From NCBI GenBank assembly GCA_003693705.1, contig RBZT01000623.1, forward strand, positions 186,001 through 250,000: 64,000 bases of DNA, in the 5' to 3' direction. Below the pieces are notes generated by a model that saw nothing but the letters and a program-made list of their open reading frames with translations, had not been told where the DNA came from and did not search any database. Positions 23,982 to 34,040 of this stretch are shown here, in pieces; the first letter of the stretch is position 1; the number at the start of each line of letters is the position of its first letter. Both the position numbers and the translations under genes were made by a program. The stretch comes from Polymyxa betae A26-41 (taxonomy: Eukaryota; Protista; Endomyxa: Phytomyxea).

Positions 23982-26900
23982 ATGAGTACAGCCACAAGGA
24001 CAGGGGATCAGATCCCACTCCCTCCATTCTCTAATCTCGAATCACTCATATCACAGACGGCGCCAGCCACACCCAACAATCTGCAGGTCCAGGTCGCCGG
24101 CGTCAGAAGAGAATGCGATCAGTTGAAATCGGTGCTGAAATCGCCCGTCTTCGCATATCAGATCCCTGATAAAATGTGCTAGGTGAGAGATTCCATAATC
24201 TCTGAGATCCATCGCGTCCAAGGATTGCTTCAGGAAGCCTATAATCAGCAACAGTATTCCTAATTCTGCGTATTGCCAGTGACTCTTTTAACTAACTTTA
24301 TAGGACTTTATTGACTAAGCTGAACAGACTGAACAAAAGCGAATCGAACAGGAATGGTTCCACTTACGAATAAAGTTACTATTTCCATCAAGTAGGGAGA
24401 ACCCCCAGGAGATGCTGTTTCATCATTTCATTTAGCGAACAAAAAAATCGGAACTCTGGCCGGTGATCGCGTGCCTTGTTTTACTTATCTGCCGATATCT
24501 GTTGATTTGATTATGCTTCTATGCCGGAACTGGACTTAACTGTATCCAATAACAGCAACACTAGACAGCTTCTTAGCGATGTTCTATCGAATATTAAGCT
24601 GGCCCTACGCCATGAAATTCAGCAACGTCGGCAGTTGCAAAATGAGCTGAATGACATGAACCAAATCGTTCATAAACATGATTATTTGATACGTGAAGGA
24701 GCTTCAAAGCAGGGACCAGTGGCAGCCCTCTCACAACATCAAGTTAATAAGTTGAAATCCTGCTTTATCATAATTAATTCTTTCTTTTCAGGATATGCGA
24801 ACGGTTTTAAGTGAAATAGCTGTGCTAAAAGAGCAGGTCTTCATCTTGAAGATGGATTTAGCCAATAATAGGCACCAATCGCAGTCCTCTACACCTAATA
24901 ATTTAGTATTGAGGCTGTCGGATGATGTCCAAAATCTAAAGCGTGCGAACTCTTACACCAAGCAATTGGGCGATGGCGTAGCCCCCCATCTGGGGCCACA
25001 TTTGGATCGGAATGCTTTGGCACTTCGATCGGTAATGGATTATATTTCCGAATTTCAGCAAGAATTTGGGAAGATGCGGTCCAGGTTGAATCAGATCGAT
25101 GAGAAGTTGGTTCGCGACCCCGATCGTTCAATGAGGCAGTCAATTCTAGAAGAGGTTCGTCAGATGATTTCATCAGATCAGCCAAAGCTTGATCGCGTCC
25201 TGGATTCTCTTCGAATCAATCAAAGAACAGAGCATGATCAGATCGCCCAGCTGAGCCGATCTCAAGAGAGGTTATTAGGAGATGTGAACAATCGGTATCA
25301 GATCACAGAGGGGCAACTGGACCAATTTCAGAAAGACATTACTAATCGATTGCTGGGTTTGGAATCTGTACTTCGCGCTGAAATTCGGTCGCGAAAGAGT
25401 GCCAATAAGGATATACACTCAGAAATCGTTCACCTAAACGAACATATTCTACAGCGTCTTCATGAATCACAATCAAAGTGCTGGGAACAAGTGTCTTCCA
25501 TCGCCGATAACTTGTCGAGTTTAAAGAACGTGTATCGGTCGGATGCCGAGCGATGGACCAAGGATTATCACGATTTGTCAAACTCGACGACAGATTCCCT
25601 GTCGTGTTTATCGATGCGATTTCAGAAACAACAGCAGGCCGAGGGGAAAGCCATTGCTGATTTAAAAACGGATATTCAAGACAGTTTCCTTCATCTTGAA
25701 CGTCATTATAGCCAGTTGTTCGAAGACCAAAAAAGGAGTCGTTCGGAATGGGAAGCTGATAACACTAAACAAATGCAGAATATCAGTAAAGCGCTGTCTT
25801 CCGATATTAAGGCATTTTCAGACCAGATCAGCAAGAATAAACTGAACATCGACCAGGTTGGTAAACACATTGATGCAGAGATTCGGAATCGAATTGAATC
25901 GATTGAGATGCTAAGATCACAAGCTCAGCGATTTGATGATGACTTAAGGAAGGAGTGTGTTAGCCAAAACGAATCATTAAATATAATGCTGATGTCGTTA
26001 TCCGATCAAGCAAATGTCGATCGGGCCGAGTTCAAGCAATCGATACAAAACGTCGAGAAGAAACTTTCGAAAGAAATTGGCTCTCAAAAAGCTCAGGTCG
26101 ACTCTGACATCACTACCGTCGATCATCGAATACGCCAATTTATTGACGAGAAGCTCTATCTGATTAATGGTACTCTGGACCAGATGAGCAATGCACTCGA
26201 TGAACAGCAAAAGAATCTGGAAGACTCCTCCAAATCTTTATCAGTCCAAATAGCAGATGTCGACGACAAGCACAGTAAAGAATCAGCTCGTCTCGAGCAT
26301 TATTTATCTAACGACGCTCGAATGCTGAGTCAAACTCAAAACAAACTTGCTACGAGATTGGTATCGATTGAAAGTCATATCCAACAAAATTCGGACGACC
26401 TCAAGGCTGAGATTAGTACGCAGAGCGATTCTCTGCACATGAAGATGAAAGACCTCAGTCTGACTTTTAATGACAATTTAACGCAGAACGCTATCAACGA
26501 ACATGTCAAAAGCGTTCTAGGTTCCATTCAAGATGCAGTACAACAGCAATCTGATCGGTCAGATCGGGACCTAAAGCAGATACGTCTCGACCATGAAGCG
26601 CTCGTTTCTGAATCATCCTCACATCGCCTTCACCTTAATGAAGTCGTTGAGCAAGAAGTCAGGATGCGGGAATCGTGCGTCACGCAGCTCAATGAAACGA
26701 TTGCCGATCTCAGCAAAACAACCCGATCTGATATTGATAAGAATAGGGCGGACGTGGATAAATGCTGTGAATTGATTCGAGAGACAGCAGATCTATTGAA
26801 AGATCGGATGAGATCCGACCACGAAACCGAGTTGGCTGCGGTGACAAATTTAAGCGGGGAACTGATGCAGCTGAACCAAACCATACGCAACGAGGCTGAT

Positions 26901-29369
26901 AACCGACAACGCGATCAGGAAAGGCTTTGCGATCAGCTTAACATTCTGAAAGAGCAGTTTGATGCCGAACGACAACACGTTCATCAATCACTTCAGCATC
27001 AATCAACTCAATGCAAATCAGATATCTCGGAATTGTCTGCGGCGATGTCGGTCTCCAAGCAAGCCCTAGCCAATTTGGAAACTCAACAACACAGAGCGCT
27101 CGACGAAACCAATCAGTTGGTTTTGAGTAAAATTGAAGCGTTATCCAAGTCGATTGAAAGCGGTGCAAACTCTCAATCTGATGAGAATAGGCGAATTCAC
27201 AGCAAAGTTCAAGAGCTGAACAATAGCAGCGACGATCACGGTAAACGCCTTGATGCAATATCGGCAGATTTAAGCACCATCAATGTATCGGTTGCTAATC
27301 ATCAGCAAAACCAAAACGACCTCCGCCAAGCAGTTCAAGAAATCCGAACAAAGATGGAAGAACAATCAAGTACTCTCAATGAGAATCTGAACATGTCTTC
27401 CAAAGCATTGCATGATCAACTTATGGAGCAGTCGTATATGATCGATAGTTCGGTTAAGGAAGTCCGATTACAGTTGCAGGAGCATCAGCAAAATTTTTCG
27501 TTCGTTGCTGAGGAAATCAAGAAAATAACCGAGGACAGTTTGAAGCTAAATTCAGAAACACGCGAATTGTTCCAACAAGAACTTTCTTCGATACGAGCTG
27601 ATATCAGTAGAGAGCAGGAACGTATCTTAGAATCAGATAAAAACCTGATGTCATTCCGACAACAACTAGACAGCCAAATTAAGCAGCTGAATAGTGAAGG
27701 AGAGACCGGTCGGGACGCCAGGAGTCAGCTACATGAACGATTTAGTGAATACCAAGATCAGAATGAAAGGTTAATTTCAGAGCTCAAGGGACAAATGCAG
27801 AACCAGATTACAACCTGCGATCAGCTGCGACGAGATCTGGGACAGACCAGGTCTTTGTTGACCCAGAACGAGTCTACGCTTAATCAAACGCTGCAAGATA
27901 GAATGACGGAATCCAGCCGACGAACTGATGAACGGATCGAGCAGGTTATGGCTACGATGAAGCAGAACACTGATGAAGTCGATAAGAAGATTGTTGATCA
28001 GGATGCTTCTATTTCAAATGTTTACCATCAATGTCAGGATGTTCAAAGCAAAACCGAATCTGCTTTAAAGCAGCTCTCAAATGATCTTGGCCAGAAAATC
28101 GATCAGGCAATTAATGACTTCGAGTCGGACCTGACAGGCAAATGTGAAGCACTCGAGATATTGACGAAAGGCATTGACAGATTGGATGTATTGCAAAAGG
28201 CAATGCAAGTCAGATCTGATGAGAGCATCAAAGAAATGAATTCCAAATTCAGCAAAATCTTGGACATCAATAAGGACAACTTTAGGTCCCAACAGCAACA
28301 AGTTGAGCAAACGCTGCTGAAACATGGAGGCGAACAGAAAGAAATGCAGAGTCAGTTTAGTGAATTGTCAAAAAAGCTCTCCGAAGTTCAGAAAGACTCT
28401 CAAATTATTGCGAGCCAGATCAAAGCGATCGATGATGGTCTGGTCCAGAACCGATCTAGGTGCTCAAACTTACAAGACGATCTACAGGCTGTGAAGAATT
28501 CGGCTTCCGAGCAACTGCAAGCTGCTCAAACAGAGATAGCAAAACTTACCGAGCAGGGGGAAGCTTTGAATCAGGCAGTCAACGAAGTGAAGCAGACACA
28601 ATCTTCACGTTTAATGAAGCTTGACGATTTCAGCGAACGAATGGAGAGAAGTATCGCGGATTTAGGCAGCAAGTCAGAAAAAACTGAAGCAGCGCTTGCC
28701 GATATGAAATCGCATTCTTCCATACAATTTGATCAAATGCGGGATGAAGTGCAGATGGAAATCCTATCGACAACCAATTCATTGTCCGAGATACGAAAGG
28801 TAACCGATTCGTATTCGGCAAATCTGTCTCAGCTTAAACTGGATCTTAACACTCTGTCAACATCAACGTCAAAGGTTTCAGAATGTCAGGAAGGCCTAAA
28901 GAACTGCACAAACACAATCGAGATGATCCGCGAACGTAGCGAAGCGCAGTACCAGGAGAGCATAAAAACATCCATGAATGTTCTTGAGAAGTTCCGGGAG
29001 CAGTTAAATGATCAAGAACGCAAGACTGAAGAATTCAGGAAACGGGACGAGTCCATGATGGATATGAAAATTAGTAGCATTCGTGAACAAATCGAAATGG
29101 AGATTCTGACGATGACAACGACTGTGAATTCACTCGACAAACAAGTCAAATCACTATTGGCAACTACCATTACCAACGACAAGCTGGACGCTGCGGTTCA
29201 GTCCAGCAGGACTGCCATAGATGGATCAATAGACTCGAAGCTTCGTATGCAGAGCGCCGCCCGCAAGACTCTTGAGGATAGCATCAATGCAGCACAAACA
29301 TCATTGAACGAGGTCAAAGCTGACATTGTCCAGATACGGCAGCGTCTCGATCAAACACCAAGACCATAA
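23982..29369 (+). CDS. Very long coiled-coil protein (~1700 aa), function unknown
   Basis: 1524-codon Q/E/L/S/K-rich heptad ORF plus short upstream exons from ATG 23982; no enzymatic motif seen. Confidence 0.8.
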
Positions 29370-29445
29370 TAATTATGAAATACTGTCAAAGGTTTCTATT
29401 ACCTTTAGAACAATCTTTACGTTGGGTCAGGTAGCTTTTATTTAC

Positions 29446-30312
29446 TTAGTTTCCTTCGCGTACATAAATCAGGGAGCGGCCCATGCTGTCCACAGATTCG
29501 CTTTGCAATCGGCTCGTCAATGTTGGACTTCGCCTTTGGCCTTCAGCATTGTTAGACCATGTTTGCGACAGCGTCGCTCGTGGCTCAGGTTCTGCCTCGC
29601 CTTGCCTCAATGTAATCCTGCCCAACGATGACGTCATCTGCAGTCGTGGCGTCAAGGTTCGGAATCGGCTCAGCGGGTTCACCAGGTCGCAAGGCGACGC
29701 TTCGATGAGAGGACCGAACGATCTCGACGAAAGCGATGATGGTGCCCAATCGAGAAAGGCGCCGGATCGGTTGGTGATTTGAGCGGAGAGGTATGCGCTG
29801 GTAGCGCTGGCAGCCGTCAACAAAGTCGGTGGAGACGGCGCTGCGACGTCAGGATCCGGCTCTCCTTCAACAATCGTGAACTGATCGTCTAGCGTTGCCA
29901 CTAGATCGTCGGTGATTGAATCTGAGGCGCAGCTCAGGTCGTCGTTGTCGTAGACGGCGCTGTTAATCAATTCATCAAGTTCCGGATCACCAGTTTGGTA
30001 ATCGCCATAGTCGTCATTGATATCATCATCGCTGCAGCTCTTCTCGTCATCATCATCAGCATTATTATCCGTATCGGTCGGTAATCGAGCAGCAAACGAG
30101 TCACAGACAGTCATCGCCAGCGGCGTCGTCAATTGTGACCATTGTGTGGTAAAGTGATCAGGGCGAATCAGAGCGACATCTGTGGTGGGTTCTGTCGATG
30201 GAGTTTCTCCGATATGCTGAACATCGGTCTGGATGGCCGTGCTACTACATAGCACCTGAGGGTGCCGTGATGAAGGTAGAGCAGCAACACGATCGACTGC
30301 ACACATCATCAT
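29446..30312 (-). CDS. Hypothetical acidic, S/T/D-rich disordered protein
   Basis: 327-codon open frame, first ATG at 30312, D-rich tract; no recognisable domain. Confidence 0.55.
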   Translation of the reverse strand: MMMCAVDRVAALPSSRHPQVLCSSTAIQTDVQHIGETPSTEPTTDVALIRPDHFTTQWSQLTTPLAMTVCDSFAARLPTDTDNNADDDDEKSCSDDDINDDYGDYQTGDPELDELINSAVYDNDDLSCASDSITDDLVATLDDQFTIVEGEPDPDVAAPSPPTLLTAASATSAYLSAQITNRSGAFLDWAPSSLSSRSFGPLIEASPCDLVNPLSRFRTLTPRLQMTSSLGRITLRQGEAEPEPRATLSQTWSNNAEGQRRSPTLTSRLQSESVDSMGRSLIYVREGN

Positions 30313-30412
30313 GAATTTAGGTGATGGGTAGCACGACCCGAAAGTTGTGGTGACGCGTGCCAGATGACGACAGTCTTCATTAAAGGGAAATATTTTTTTA
30401 GTTGATGACAAT

Positions 30413-30700
30413 TTAGAAGATGTCGGCAACCAGACCGTTGTCGGCGGCCAGCTTGTTCAACCAGGCATCAGATTCAGCCTTGGATCGGATGAAACCTGAG
30501 AATGCGAATGTCTGGAAAGTGCCGGTGTAGACGCCGTTGTCGTCGACGTCACCGATGTTGATCTGAACGCTGGCGTGATCCTTGGCCGTGATCATGCGGT
30601 TTGTGGCCGAGCTACAAACACGTCAGCCTGGATTAAAGAACATCATCGTCGTGCGGTCGTACCATTTACGGGGCTTGTACTGAGCGATTTCGATGGCCAT
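30413..30700 (-). CDS. RPS21: 40S ribosomal protein S21 (eS21), 2 exons
   Basis: YKPRKC|SATNRMITAKDHASVQINIG...GFIRSKAESD. Confidence 0.96.
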
Positions 30701-30887
30701 GGCTGTGGTGAGAGATATTCAAGACGAGCAGAATCAGCAATCAGCGATGAAGAAAAATTGCGGTAACATGACGGAGGCTGCGCCACGACAATGTTTAGGG
30801 GCATCGCCTATTAGAGAGAGTCCGTGCGGGGTCCGTCACGCATCACAACCTGCTTCTAACAAATCTACTTGTTCCCGTCGAGACGCG
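30701..30887. promoter_or_regulatory. Bidirectional RPS21/RPL9 promoter with repeated TCCGT(C/G) motifs
   Basis: 187 bp between divergent ATGs; TGACGGAG 30769, GAGTCCGTG 30818, GTCCGTCAC 30831. Confidence 0.65.
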
Positions 30888-31508
30888 ATGAAGACCATCC
30901 AGACCAAGCGGGTCGTTGACATCCCCGAGGGAGGTTAGCAATGCATCGGACGTCGTCGTTATAGTCGTTAACCAGTGCTTGTTGTAGTCAAGCTGAACGT
31001 GAAATCGCGCCTGGTGACTGTTGAAGGTCCCCGTGGCAAGCTCCAGCGTGATTTCAGCCATGTTAAGGTTGATTTGCGTATGCTGCCCAACGGCCGCCAG
31101 CTCCAGGCCGAGCTGTGGTTCGGAAACCGCAAGGCTATCGCCACTATCCGATCGGTCACATCTCACATTGAGAACATGATCAAAGGCGTCACTCGTGGAT
31201 TCCAGTACAAGATGCGTCTGGTCTATGCCCACTTCCCTATCAACGTCTCCATTGAGAACGATGGCTCTATGATCATGATTCGTAACTTCTTGGGCGAGAA
31301 GATCGTCCGTGAAGTCCTCATGGCTGATGGCGTCCAGTGCATTCGTAGCGGCGATGTCAAGGATCAGCTCGTCCTGACCGGTAACAATGTCGACAACGTC
31401 GGCCAGAGCGCTGCTCGTATCCACCAGTCTTGCCTCGTTAAGAACAAGGATATCCGAAAGTTCTTGGATGGTATCTATGTCTCCCAGACCGGTTTCGCTG
31501 ATGAATAA
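30888..31508 (+). CDS. RPL9: 60S ribosomal protein L9 (uL6), 2 exons
   Basis: VTVEGPRGKLQRDF, YKMRLVYAHFPIN, IRNFLGEK, KNKDIRKFLDGIYVS. Confidence 0.97.
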
Positions 31509-31581
31509 ATCACATAATCGTTTTACCTTAGATATTGTATTAAATTACATTGTTGGAAATAGAGGAAATGGATATTCTAAT

Positions 31582-33435
31582 TTAATGCATGCCGATATGC
31601 TTTTTCCACTCTGGATGTTGTTCTCGCCATTGCAGGCAATAAAGCAGATCTTGCCGTTGACAGGTCGGCTGTAATTTCGCCACATAGCGCAGCTCGTAAT
31701 CACTCCAAGAATTGAGGTTATGACACATGTTAGTGAAGTTCAAGTGTGGCTTGAGACAAACCATATCCGGTCCCATAGTAGGGCCTGAGTACAGTTTGAC
31801 AGGAGCGGCTTCAAGAGCCTGGAAGCCGCCGTTCTGCGCCGCTGCGGCTTGCTGTGTGAATTGTTCAGGATCGGCCTTGAAGCTTTCCACATTCTCAATT
31901 GTACATGTCGTCCATCTAGGATCAAACCATTCGATGGACATAGGGTTGCTGAGAATGTGTAGATTATCATATTCGTAGCCTAAACTACGCCAATCATGCA
32001 TCTGGATAGGAGCAACCTGATCATCTCTATGAGCCAGCCTGAACGTCATTGGGCTCAGATAATCGGTGTCGACAGGGGTGCCTAATGAACCGGTCTCGAT
32101 ACCGCCTGTGAAGGCATTCGTGTTGGATCGAACGCTGGCTGGAGGGATCATATCATAATCGTGGCAGTCTTGCCACATCGACCAGATCATATCAATGAAA
32201 GAGTGATGCACCAAGAAAAGCGGCTCATCAGCTGAATTATCCAACACCATAGTTCCACCAATGAATCTGTGAACTGTGTCGTGAAACAGTTCGATGGCCC
32301 GTGAGAAGTCGCGGAATCGATCATTGCTTGCGATGGCGTTCAGCACCTCTTCGCGCGTGGCAAAAAATCCGGCTCCATTCAGATCACGCTGAAGACAATT
32401 GTCGCCAAGAATCGGCCAAGTAAATCGTCCAGAGCGAACACACTTCTTGCCATCACCGAGATCGACACCGTTACCACCGAACCAATCATCTGTAAAGACA
32501 AATGACCGAGTCGGGTCCGCTGCATCCATCGTCCAATCCCAGAATGGAATTCCAATACAGTTACATTCGGGAGATACGGAATGAATCGCCTCTTCCATCA
32601 TCATGAGGTATTGACGATGCCATGGCAAAAATCCATCTGTAAAATGGGCATAGTTGAAGTTGACCTTGTCAGCATGTATCCACATCATCTCGGCATAGAC
32701 ACCAGACTTGTGCATTTCTTCCAAAGCGAAAAAGAACAGGTCTCGTTCTTGGGGGGAGAGGTTACGCAGGTCCTTGCGAACAATTGGTTGTGGGCAAGGA
32801 ACGATTCTTTGGCATCCACCAGGACGAGAACTGTCGCCGGTGTAACCAAGAGGGCATCGGGAGCATCGATGGGCGCCGGTTTCGTCTTCAATGCAAGTGG
32901 CCTCAGCAGCGCACGGATTCGGGTTGCAAACACCTTTGACTTCTACGACAGTGAAATCCAGCTCGAAACCTTGCTCTTCAGCAACAGCATTGCCAACACC
33001 GAATTCGCTGGAGCGGAATTCGACACGGAATCCGGCTTCGCTGGCAGAATGGATAACGCCCGGCATATACGTGCCTGTCAACCTCTGAATAGGAACGGTT
33101 TGGCTAACGGCGTCATCAAAGATCCAGACAAAGTCTTCACCAGACATCATTTGGAAAGAACGAAACTGAAGTTTAACACGACGTGGACGACCTGATCCAG
33201 CTGATGCAGGTGGTTGAACTAACCATTCACACCAGGTGTTAGATCGGACACCACCAGGACCATCAGAAATGGTGCCCAGCTGTGCTGAGGCCGTCTCGGT
33301 TGTTTTCACTCCATTAACACTATTACAACTCCAGACTTGGCGCTGGGCGGCGGATTGAGATATAAACAGTAGGAATAATGTTAGGAAAGGCAGGAGAAGA
33401 ACTGATGGCTGAAATTGAAACCCAACCAGTTTCAT
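31582..33435 (-). CDS. Secreted CUB + EGF + tyrosinase (type-3 copper) protein
   Basis: Signal peptide; CUB (CEWLVQ, LQFRSF, DFVWIFD, VEFRS..GF); 6-Cys EGF; CuA WIH / AH....FLPWHR; CuB FHDTVH / EPLFLVHHSFID. Confidence 0.9.
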   Translation of the reverse strand: MKLVGFQFQPSVLLLPFLTLFLLFISQSAAQRQVWSCNSVNGVKTTETASAQLGTISDGPGGVRSNTWCEWLVQPPASAGSGRPRRVKLQFRSFQMMSGEDFVWIFDDAVSQTVPIQRLTGTYMPGVIHSASEAGFRVEFRSSEFGVGNAVAEEQGFELDFTVVEVKGVCNPNPCAAEATCIEDETGAHRCSRCPLGYTGDSSRPGGCQRIVPCPQPIVRKDLRNLSPQERDLFFFALEEMHKSGVYAEMMWIHADKVNFNYAHFTDGFLPWHRQYLMMMEEAIHSVSPECNCIGIPFWDWTMDAADPTRSFVFTDDWFGGNGVDLGDGKKCVRSGRFTWPILGDNCLQRDLNGAGFFATREEVLNAIASNDRFRDFSRAIELFHDTVHRFIGGTMVLDNSADEPLFLVHHSFIDMIWSMWQDCHDYDMIPPASVRSNTNAFTGGIETGSLGTPVDTDYLSPMTFRLAHRDDQVAPIQMHDWRSLGYEYDNLHILSNPMSIEWFDPRWTTCTIENVESFKADPEQFTQQAAAAQNGGFQALEAAPVKLYSGPTMGPDMVCLKPHLNFTNMCHNLNSWSDYELRYVAKLQPTCQRQDLLYCLQWREQHPEWKKHIGMH

Positions 33436-34040
33436 TGACGCTACCTTCGTCTTAATTTAGAAATAGATCCGTCTCACAATCATGAAGAGTCATCATGCCG
33501 ACCTGAAGTTGAAGTTGACTCACGTTGGGTCAATTCGTGACATCAGTAAAATGTGGAGAGGTAATATTCTAATGAACTTGTGTGTAAACAACAACTCCTT
33601 CAGGAATTTGATAAGCCTTCTTGTCGAATAGCCACAAATCTCCATACAGTTTCCATACTGTTCCAGCTGCTGATTCAAGGACGGCGTCGGGCTTATGGTT
33701 GGCAAAGCTATTGTCTGAGATCGCTTGCAGGCTCGAAGATGGGACTTGGGACCTGTCCCAAACCTTTCTTAAACAATGTGAGAGACAAATGGGAGACAAA
33801 TCTAACGATAGAGGTGTAAAGTGACGCTATGTAACGATAATGGCAGTTGATGCGATTTGAGAGGGTTCTGCAACGGCCCCTTTTAGCCAGTTTCATTCAG
33901 CAGACGCCTCATTTCGCTTTAGGCTTGCACGCCTTCGTCCGCAGTTTGTTATTCGCCGTCTCGTTTGTCGGCCTGGGCGCCGCCCCAGCCTGACTTTGTA
34001 GCCGGCACTGGCCCCAGAGCTATAAATCCCCGCTCAGCTC

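Noticed and set aside
18160-33435. P450 + chitin synthase + PDI + tyrosinase as a spore-wall gene cluster
   Set aside because: They are interspersed with housekeeping genes and no shared motif was seen; proximity alone is not evidence in so dense a genome.
33440-33960. Overlapping 60-80 aa ORFs between the tyrosinase and GBF1
   Set aside because: No family signal; probably the divergent promoter region.
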